A stretch of DNA of 64,000 bases from Geosiphon pyriformis uo1 (taxonomy: Eukaryota; Fungi; Glomeromycota): positions 62,001-126,000 of the forward strand of contig JAAOMT010000785.1 in the NCBI GenBank assembly GCA_016748015.1. The letters are read 5' to 3'. How positions within the stretch are numbered: position 1 is the stretch's first letter; each line of letters starts with the position of its first letter. The position numbers were made by a program, and so were the translations under genes. A model generated the notes under the pieces. It had not been told where the DNA came from. It made no database searches and worked only from the letters and a program-made list of their open reading frames with translations. This document shows, one piece after another, positions 53,828 to 64,000 of the stretch.

Positions 53828-56800
53828 TTTGGTGTTTTTTGTGAAGTTATAAAATCCACAGAGACAAAGCACTTCAGAAATTCACAAAAGTAGTAACTAT
53901 TAGGACTATAGAAAAAGATCACTTGCCATTCGAAAAAGTATTATATTACCACTTTAGGAAAAACTTAGAAATACCAACAGAAACTGTTACTGTTAAAAAT
54001 AATTTTTTATATATTATATACATGTTAAGATTAACTATTTGTTAGGCCAAACGACAAATATGGAAAACTTGAAAAGCAAATTTATCAACAATTATTAGCA
54101 TATTCAATTTCACCACCACAAGAACCATAACTAAAACCCTTTTTTTAATTAACAAAGAAATTGAGTTATATATACAAAAGTAATACTCCAATTAAAAAGA
54201 AAACAAATATTGAAACCCAACTCCAAAAAATTTAAGTTTAATTTTGATAATAATACAGAAACTGCACAGAAAAAAACTTTATTTATAATCAATAAAAAAT
54301 TAATGTTTTTTTACTAACAATTTTTTCATATCATTAGACCATAAAAAGCAGAATCTTATTCAATTAACTCACCAAAAACTTTAAAGACTTCTGAAAATCT
54401 GTACTCATGAGACTTTAACTAAAATTTTTGGACTAAATTTCTAGGAAAATATGGATCTTTGTTTAAAAGTCTTATCTTGACAACCAATAATTTAGGTAGA
54501 AGTACTTTTTCTTAAGCATTATTTTTAGCACAGCTATTAACTAAATCAGCAATTATTTTTTTAGAAGAAATATTTATATTGCAATTCATTGAAGCAACCA
54601 ACAAAAAAAAACAACCAGTTTTAAGATCAACAAAACAACCAAACATATTTCTGTTAACATTTTTTTTGTTCACACTTAAACAAACTTTCATTACTCAAGT
54701 TATGGTTTATAAAAACATTGCTAAACTAAAAATTTTTAGTAAAAAAGACAATATATATATAGATAGCAAAAGTTAAAAAAGTAATTAAAGCCAATAATTA
54801 GAATAAAATTAGAACAATATAAGTTTTACCCTTTTTTTTAACTGAAACTACAGACTTATGATACCAAAGTCTCAATAAAAAACTGACTAATTTAATCATC
54901 TTTAAATTTGTTTTTTTATAGTATTTTTATAATCCAAATATATTCTTTAGACTATAAAATCAATTCAGTATAATAAAGCAAAAAAATCATAAAGCTGTAA
55001 TTACTTATCTTAGAAGATTCAATTAAATTTTTACTAAATTCAGACAATTAAAAAAAACTATTACACTTTAAGTCAAATTTTCAACCAATTTATTAAGAAA
55101 CTAAAAAGCAATATTCTTTAATCTATTAAACTTCAACATTTTGGCAACTTATAAAAAGCAATAATATTTGTCTATAATTTCGAATCAACAGAACAAAAAG
55201 CCAAACATATCCAAGCTATCAATTTAATCATAAATAGAACCTCTAATATTAACATAAAACTTACTTAATTAAGTGAAAATTTGATTCAAAAAATTGAAAA
55301 ATTCTTTGCTGAAAGTGCAAAAACTTATCAGCCATTACAACATAAAAAAAATACCAATAAATATTAATAACAAAAACACTAATAACAATAGTTCTGAAAA
55401 AAAATCTCTATAATTATTATTATTGTCAGAAATCTGAGTATATTGCAAAAAATTGCTACAGAAAACTATTAAATTAGAATTGTAAAAACTAATATTAATA
55501 ACAATTCAAATATCTACAATTTTTAAGATTCTAATACTTTTTGTTTTTATATTAACAATTTTAATATTTTTTTAACTATTACAAAATTATAATTAATACT
55601 TATAAATAATATTACAGATACTATTTTAATATTAAGTTCTACCATATAATAATTTAAAAACTTAAGCCATTGATTATAATTAAAGATAACAAAGCAACAA
55701 TAAAAACCAAATTCAATTTATTACAGTACTGTTTTAAATTATAAATTATAGTAACTTACTATCTTAAGCAATTCTAATAAGATATTCAAACCAGATCTTA
55801 TATCTTAGTTTTATAGAAACTCTGAATTTTGGTAATACTGTACTTAAAAAAAAATTGGTAATTTTAACTACAGCTTTTTTTTAAAACAATAATTAGATTA
55901 TCTTTAATATGATTTTTTCTGTCACAATTACTAAAAATGACACATATATTACTATATTTTTATTTAATATTAACAGTCTGAATTCTACTAATTTTTTTAG
56001 TAAAGCTGTTATTAATCAGAACAAACTAATCACAACAATATATATTAATACTAAAATAGAACTAATAAACATTAAACTAATATTTAACAATAGATTAGTA
56101 AACAGTATAATTATGAAACAACTTATAAATCAATTAAGTTACCAAATAAATTATGTGACTATTTTTAGAATAATTATTATAAATAGAAATATTAAAATCT
56201 TTATAAAAAAGATTGATTATTTTCTTTTTAAAATTAACAAAATCAAAATTTTAACTAAAATACTTACTATAAAAGCCATTTAATATTAAGTTCTTATAGA
56301 AAATAATTGGTTAACTAAAACTTATGTTATGCTTAATTAAAACATCTAAAAACTCCAGATTATTTTTAATAAACAACATATTAGAATATTTATTATGTGT
56401 GAATATTTTAAAACAAAGTTTTAGAACAACTTTTAATTGAATTCAAAAAATTTACTTTCCAATCAATTTTAAAAACTTATAAAGTTTTTTGAACTGATAA
56501 TTTTATAACAGAATTACTACTATCTTTTACATAAAAAAAAAAGACCAAAAAAAACTAACAAAAAATTATAGACATTAATATTAATTTATTTAATTCCAAA
56601 TTAAAAAAATTAACCATATTAATCACTATAATTAATCTGTATTAATTATAGAAAGAAGTTATTTTCAAGAAATACATATATTAGAAATAATAAAGTATAA
56701 CTAATTGCTACCAAATACTAATGTTATCCTTGTATACTAGAACAGTTTGAACAATCAAAATAGCAAAAAAAATAAAACAATACACTATGTCTTGCATATA

Positions 56801-57429
56801 ATAAAATCTTATTAAATAAAAAGCCATGAAAATAATGTATTTAACAGAAAAAAAACATACAACAAATTCTGATAGTATACTATTCTAATTAATAATTAGA
56901 TTAATAAAAAAACTTTTTTTACTATGATTTATAGTCAAATAATAAAGTGATTAAATTTATACTTTTATAATAATAAAAAAATTTGAAAAATAGTTATTGT
57001 AAAGTAAAAAAAATACCACAATTAAGAAAATACATATCATAAAAAATACAATAATAAATATAAAAAATATGAATAATCTATTTATTAATAATTTCAAAGC
57101 ATTTCAAAACCAGTATTAAGATTTGCTTTTTTTCAAGAAAAACAAAAACAAAAATTAACCAATCTTAATACAAAACTGCATAATTATTATTTAATTTCTT
57201 GTTATTTTTAATATTGTAATAAGAACAATCTTTTGTTTAATTCATTTCCATAAACATTTACCTATTTCTTAACTCGAAAAGCCCAAAAAAAGTATATATT
57301 AACAACAAAAAACATAACATTTCAAAAATTAAGTATGACTATTAAAATAGAATAGTATCTCATTAATTTTGATCTTTTCAAAAAATTAAAACTGAAGTAA
57401 TACAACAATATTGATAAAAAAATATGCTT

Positions 57430-57815
57430 TAAAAAAGCACATATCTATAATATTGGATTCAATTTAAGATATTTTAAACATTTTTTTATAGTTATAACAT
57501 TCTATTTTCTTATAAAAATAAATCTGAAATTAGCTTTAAAAATTCTTAAAAGTTTTATAGTTTAAATTACATTCTGGTCTAGTTTTACAAATAAAAAAAT
57601 CAATATTAAAAGAGGAATAATCAATGCTAAATATATTGAAAATATAATTATAATACTTTAAAACAATTCCAATAAACTTTATATAATTAAATTTCAAGAA
57701 AAAATTATACAAGCCATTTTTTATTTTTTATAAAAATTTTTCACTTAATTCTAGTAATTATACAAAAAGAATTAGATCTTATTATTTGAGATATTCAAAA
57801 ATTTAAATTAAGTAA
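57430..57815 (+). pseudogene. dUTPase domain within the retrotransposon pol, degenerate
   Basis: Decayed motifs in correct order: AH..NIGFNLRY (motif 1, AGFDL), WSS (motif 2, RSS), GIINAKYIENI (motif 3, GIIDAGY.G.I), KIIQAIF (motif 4, KIAQ) and *DIQKFKLS (motif 5, RG..GFGS). Confidence 0.8.
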
Positions 57816-60800
57816 AAAAAAATATACAAGTTAATTTTATAGAAAACACTAGTAATTAGATAGAATTTATTTATATTAATACTATTATTTCTATACCCTT
57901 ATATTAACAATATATTTTAAAGATTGATTAAAAAATTTAAAACCAAGTTTTACTATTTAAAGCAACTCTGAAAATCTGTTTTCTTGCCAATATTACAGAT
58001 CTGTATATATTTGTTAAAGTTTATAAATATTTTAAAATTTCTATTTATAACTTTATTAAAAATGTTATCAAGATTTCTGAAAGAACTCTTATTGATTCCA
58101 TTTTTCTGAATCTACAGAATTTCAAAAAATCCCAATTTATCTTTAATTTTATATAACTGTTCTTTTTTTGTGATATTATTTTACAAATATAGAATTTGTC
58201 AAAAGAAAACTATCTATTAAAAACAAAAAAATTAATAAACTAAACTTGAAAAATTTAAGTACTCTATAGCAAATATAATTTAAAATCTTTTTGAATTAAT
58301 ATGCTAATATCTTGGACATATTAATATTATAAAGCATAAAATTAACATGAGAAATACCAGACCTATTAAACAATAAGTTTTCAAGTAACTTCAGCTGACA
58401 ACAGCTTAATTAAAAAAAAAGTACAATAGATATTACATAATAGATTAATTAAAAAATTACTAAGCTCTTGGTTTTTACTTATTATGTTAATTACCAAAAA
58501 AAATAAGAAAATCTATTTCTGTATAAACTATTAAAAACTTAATAGTATTATTTAAAAAGATATTTATCTAACTTTTTTTATTTAAAAAATTTTAAATAAC
58601 TTAGAAAATAAAAAATAATTTTTATTTTTAGATTTAATAAGTAGATATTGAGAAGTCAAAATAGATTTCTTAAACAAAAAAAACGGTGTTTACTACTTGA
58701 AATAAAAATTTTGAATTTAATATAATGCTTTTTGGATTTTGTAATATTTCAACTATCTTTTAATGTCTTATAAATATTATGTATAAGAAATTTTTTTAGA
58801 AATCAGTTATAGTATATCTAAATAATAAAATGTATTTTTTAAAATCTTTAATAACTATTTGCACTATTTCCAACAAGTTTTTAATTGCTTTAAAAATTCA
58901 GAACTAAACTTAATTTTAACAATTTTTTTTTGGAAACACTAAGATAAAATTCTTAAAACACATTATTGGCAAAGATAATATAAAACCAAATCTTGACAAA
59001 ATTCAAAAAATTAAGGATTTTTCTATTCTAATCAGTCTAAAAAAACTAAAAAGATTTTTAAGACTAGTTAGATACTACTAACAATTATTAAAAACTTTTT
59101 TAACATTGCCAAACTTTTTATAATTTATTGTTAAAATATATTTTATACTTATAAAGAGCCAGTTAACAAGAGACTTTTAATTATTTCAAATAATAATTTA
59201 TAAAAACACCAATTTTAATTTACTCAAACTTTAATAAATGCTTTATTGTTGTTATAAATGTCTCAAAAAATACACTAGGAGTTATTTTATTACAAATCAG
59301 ATTTAACAATTAAGAATATTCAATTGTTTATGCTAATTACAATACTAATACTATTAAGAAAATATATAGTACTATTAATTTAGAATGTTTTGCTATTTAT
59401 TAGGCCAAAACTAGAAACACTATTTTTGTTAACTATTTGACTTATATATTAATTACAAAAAACTTATTTAATTAGTCAGCAAACCACAACTTGTACCTAT
59501 TTGTAGCAATTTTTATACAAAGTACATTATAAAAAAAGAACTAAAAACACCAATGCCAATAGCTTGTTAAGAATAACTTAAATCTAATTTCAGACTAATG
59601 AATACAATTACTTATTAATAATTACACTAATATTTGTTAACATTTTAGTTCGCAAAAAAACTGTTTTAATAAAAACAAAGTGCTATATAGAAACAAGCTT
59701 AAAACTATTTTTTACAGAATAATTAATTATATTATCAAAAATGCCAAAATTACACTACATTACAATGAGCCATAAAAAATAAAAAATAAAAATTGTTTTG
59801 TTTAACATGTATTTTGATCTAACAATAAAATACTTAAACAAAAATACTATCTTAAAAAAAACAATTAATCTATACTATTGATTAACAATATATAAGAATA
59901 TTTTCGAATACATTCTCAATTATAACTTCTGCCAAAAAAAAGAGCCAAAATAACAGAATTACTTCAACTTATTTCAGTTGGAAATTTATTTAATAGAATT
60001 AAGATTAATTTGATTAAATTTTTCTTAATTACCTTCAAAAAAAATTACTATATTATTATAGCTATAGACTATCTTATCAAATAGCCTAAAATTAAAACTA
60101 TTCAAGTGGCAGATACTAAAACATTAGCTTAATTTGTACATTAAAATCTAATTTATTAATATAGATGTTTAAAAAAATTATTATTTAACCAAAAAATTTA
60201 TTTTGTTAATAGTATGCTTATTAAATTAAGCCAATAATTTGGAATAAAACAACTATTATTATTACTATATTATTTTTAAACAAACAGATTGGTAGAACAA
60301 TTTAACCAAACATTATGTAAAATATTAGCAAAAATATGTTGCAAAAATATGTAAGAATAAAACTTATTTATTTTTAATATTAAATATTAAAACAAAATAT
60401 TATCTTATCTACATAATTTAAACTAGTCTATAAAAAAAACTATACTATCTATTGAACAAAAACTACTTTTTTTTTAATAGAAACAATTACCAAAAAATTT
60501 TTGAAGTTATTTTATACTAAAAAACATATCAGCTTATAAAAATATTAAAAAACAATCATAAAATAACAGCTAACAATATTAATAATGCTCAAAAATAACA
60601 AAAAAAAAGACATAATAATTGTCTACCAGATTAACCAGTTAAATTTAAGATTAAAGACCAAGTGTTGTTATATTGTATTAAAGCTAAGAAACAGTAGAGT
60701 AAAAAATTTGATTCAAAGTAAAATAGATTATTTTACATACACAAAATTTTGGACAATAAAGCTTACAAATTATGATTAGAAAACAGAATTTTAAAAAAAG

Positions 60801-62580
60801 TCACACATAAAAATTGTCTAAAAATTTATTATATAACACAAAAATCATTGTTATTTATATCTTAACTAAAAATACAAATTCTATTAATCAGACTAAAAAA
60901 TATACTACAAGATTTAAAACCAATTATTATTATTAAACACAATTTATATACAACAATCTAAATTACATAAAATAAATATATAAAAAGACAAAAAAAAAGT
61001 TAATAATACTCTTAATATAGATTTTTTAGACAAAATATTAAAACTTTTATAACAACTATTTAAAATAATTTAACAATCTATAATACTAATAGAAATTATA
61101 ATTGATAGAAAAAAAATATGATACAAAAATACAAGTAAAAAAACAATAAACAAGAGTTAAACTAAAACTAAGTGTTTCTATTTTTATAAACAATTAAAAG
61201 AAAAAAAAAGATATGTAATTTTATATACTTAAAAAAATCAAAAAAGTTTTAAACAAGTTAGCCATAAAACTAAACATAAGAAACTAAACACCAGAAATTT
61301 TTAAAGTTTGGAAAAAAAACTTTTATTAGTTTACTAGTTCTTTAAAATTGGCAAAAAACTAGACCTATAATTATTATACCTAAATATTAATAAACAAATA
61401 TTCAACAAAAAAGCTTTTAAACAAGTGAAAAAATTTGTTAAAAGAAATAACTTAATATTATATTATAAGGTAATATACTAATTGTATTTAGTATTTAAAT
61501 ACTATCTAATTATATAATTAAACAATTTATTAAAGATTATTACAATTAACAACATAGAATAAATGACAAATTTACAGTTTAAAAATTTACAAAAAACAAT
61601 AATCAACACAATAATTAAACATTATATTAAAAAAACAATTTTTATAAATACATATAATTTTACAAAAGCTTATTCTAAAAAGAAAAAATAATATTACCCA
61701 GGTAAAAAAATCAATTTAAAACTAATAAAAAAAGTAATTAATATATAATAACTTAAAAAATATAATAATACAAAATAATACAGAATAATATATAATAATT
61801 TAAGATAATATAGAATAATACATAATAACATAAAATAGTTAATCATAATATAAGATAACTAGCTATAACATAAAAAAACAAAGCAATAATAGAAATAACA
61901 AATAATAGTTAATAATAACAAACAATTAAAAGCAATCTTGTAAAACTATAGAATATGTATAAAACAAATAGTTTTAGCAAATAAAAAACCAATTTTTTTC
62001 AATATATTTTAGTTTTAATTTGATAAAACTCTTTTATTTTATTTTTTCTATATTTTTTTATTTATCATTAAATAAAAATATTATTTAATTTACTTTTACA
62101 TAATTGCAAAATTTATGTTGTTAAATCATATTAATTGTTTTTTTTACTTTTGTTCTAGACCAAATACTATTAACATAAACAGCTTTAAAATTTTAATGAC
62201 TTGGATCAATTGTTCTTGATTATAACAATTAACAATATTAATTTTTTCTATTTTTTTTTTATTTCATTTTTTTTCTTGTTCTTGATTTTTTTTCTTGATT
62301 TTTTTTTCTTCTTATAGAGCAACAACAAAAAAAATTGACTGTTTGAAAATAAATTTCCTAATAGTCTAGTAAAAAAGAGGAGCTTTTTTTAAGTTTAAAT
62401 ATTAATTTTATCATATTAGCTTACCAAAAAGACAAAAAACAATGTTAAACTTTAGTAATTGTGCTTGACTAGCTTGAAAAAAATAGCTTATATTCACAAC
62501 TGAAAACTGCCAAAAACATATTTCTGTGTTTTATAACCAAAAAACTTTACAGATAAATTTACATATAACAGAAATCTTCA

Positions 62581-62696
62581 AAAACTGATAAATTCTAACA
62601 TGTTTTTCATATAATTAAAGAAAACTTTATAGCTCTTTTACTTAAATTCAGAGCACTAAACATTATCATAATATTTTACCAAATTTGTTTATAATA
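62581..62696 (+). repeat. 3' LTR (alignable part)
   Basis: 86/116 identical to 53712-53827. A purine tract AAAAAAGAGGAG lies upstream at ~62371. Confidence 0.78.
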
Positions 62697-63179
62697 ATAG
62701 CAACTTTTTATTAAGTATTTAATAAATCTTTTAGTATATTGCAAAGAATTTGTTAGAAATATTTTTTTTTTATTAAAAATATTACAGACAATTTTTATTA
62801 AACACCTAATAAATTTTCTAACAAAACGTATTTAAAAAATTATATAACAAAAAAAGACAAAAAAAAGACAAAAAAAATAAATAGTTTTGTTGTAAATAAA
62901 TTATTTATAAAAAACATGTATATATAAGTATTGTCATATAATCAAAATCGTATTTACAATTAATTAAGAAAAAAAATGTGCACATAATAAATTTTTAATT
63001 AACTAATATGTTATAAAGAGTTTGTTAAAACCATTTTTTTCTATTGTTTATAAAATTATAATTAATAAATACAGTCTAGTTACTATTGAATACACAGAAT
63101 TAGATTAAAGTAATCTTAATTAAATACAATTTATATGCTTGCTATATATAACCAGTCACTTAGATCAATTTAAACAATA

Positions 63180-64000
63180 CTACATATCTATATACATAAA
63201 CAAATTATTATTAATGTTAAAAAAAATACACAGAGTATATATTTATCAAAGCTTACTATTATCAACTCAATAATACTAAGCATATAAACTACTTTATTAG
63301 ACAAATTTGAACACAGTCTACCAATTACCATAGACATTATACTATTATTATCTACTAACTTAGCTTTTTTTGTTTTTGATCTAAACTTAATTCTAACAGA
63401 CTATATTTCTTAGCAATAATAATTAAACAAATAGTAAAAAAAACTCATCAATACAGAAATTATCTCTTTTTTATCATTCTACATTACTAAAATATTTTTT
63501 AGCCAATTCTTTAGAATAAAATTTTTGCAAAACATCATGTACATCCCAATATTAAAAAATCAAAAAAAAAAATTGTAACACAAAAAATAATATAGGTGTT
63601 TTTTACCAATTACAAATAACCAAAATTTAATATGATTTATAATTAAATCTTTTCACCAATTTGTATTTCTTGAACATATAAACAAGTATTCTAAAAATTT
63701 TATATACTTACAAAATAAGCAAAAAACATTTAGATATAATCTGTTATACAGTCTCTTATAAACAGCAACTAGAAGTTTTCTATAAACGGTTTTTATTGTA
63801 TAAGTCTTAAGATTAACTATAGCTTTGTTAGTAGAATTAGCAAGCATATAAAAATTAGAATGCCAAATCAAAGCTGTCCGAATTTAATTAATTTTACAAA
63901 CAAGAAAACTGGTGACAATTTTGGCACAAAAATTTGCATTCTAGCATACACTAATGATTGTCTTATAAATATACTAAACAAAATAACAAATATTAACAAA
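63180..64000 (-). mobile_element. 3' end of a degenerate non-LTR (LINE) retrotransposon ORF2 with zf-RVT CCHC finger; continues beyond the window
   Basis: IWHSN...KTYTIKTVYRKLLVAVYKRLYNRLYLNVFCLFCKYIKFLEYLFICS fits W...K....LP.......C..C...E...H.F..C after reverting transitions. A decayed IW..R motif follows, and a stop lies at ~63180. Confidence 0.7.

Larger units (their letters stand above)
53628..62696 (+). mobile_element. Heavily transition-mutated Ty3/Gypsy LTR retrotransposon: gag - PR - Cys-rich insert - dUTPase - RT - RNaseH - IN - 3' extra region
   Basis: Direct repeats at 53712-53827 and 62581-62696; TGGTG PBS-like site at 53830. Motifs recoverable by reverting T->C/A->G: gag capsid (~54760-55170), CCHC knuckle (~55417-55460), protease LIFNNRLVNSII = LILDSGSAGSII (~56080), RT FCINY*KLN, LDLISRY*EV, MLFGFCN, VYLNN = VYLDD (~58815), RNaseH (~59210-59570), integrase IDYLIK*P and QTNGLVERFN (~59980-60320), GPF/Y (~60650-60830). 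Confidence 0.9.

Noticed and set aside
53830-53846. PBS primed by the local tRNA-Ile
   Set aside because: Expected TGGTGCTCACAGCAGG differs from the observed sequence by several transversions.
55909-56283. 124-aa Ile/Asn/Lys-rich ORF as an independent gene
   Set aside because: It is the mutated retrotransposon protease, already covered by the element call.

Overview
AT-rich, intron-containing eukaryotic DNA. The gene families (TKL kinases, Sel1 repeats, BTB, chitin deacetylase) point to a fungus, most likely Glomeromycotina; this assignment is inference. From left to right the window holds: a decayed TKL kinase and a convergent TKL+Sel1 pseudogene across an N gap, a BTB/POZ gene, a CAMK-group kinase, an AT-rich desert, a FAR-17a/AIG1-like membrane gene, a GPI-type chitin deacetylase, tRNA-Ile(AAT), YAE1, RRP9, a strongly diverged six-exon Rad9-like clamp gene, an unresolved spliced gene, a PLAC8 gene with nine Q/G/Y octapeptide repeats, a second TKL+Sel1 pseudogene and an orphan 7TM gene. 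The right end holds a ~9 kb Ty3/Gypsy relic and the 3' end of a LINE, both almost missed by the ORF track because C->T/G->A changes have erased their ORFs. The main leads are: (1) RIP-like transition hypermutation (27 of 30 LTR-LTR differences are transitions, no indels, many outside CpG); (2) an unusual retroelement layout, PR / Cys-rich array / dUTPase / RT-RH-IN / extra 3' ORF; (3) a ~370-nt highly base-paired element between YAE1 and RRP9; (4) the divergent Rad9-like gene; (5) the prion-like repeats on PLAC8. Exon boundaries and counts were read by eye and need verification.
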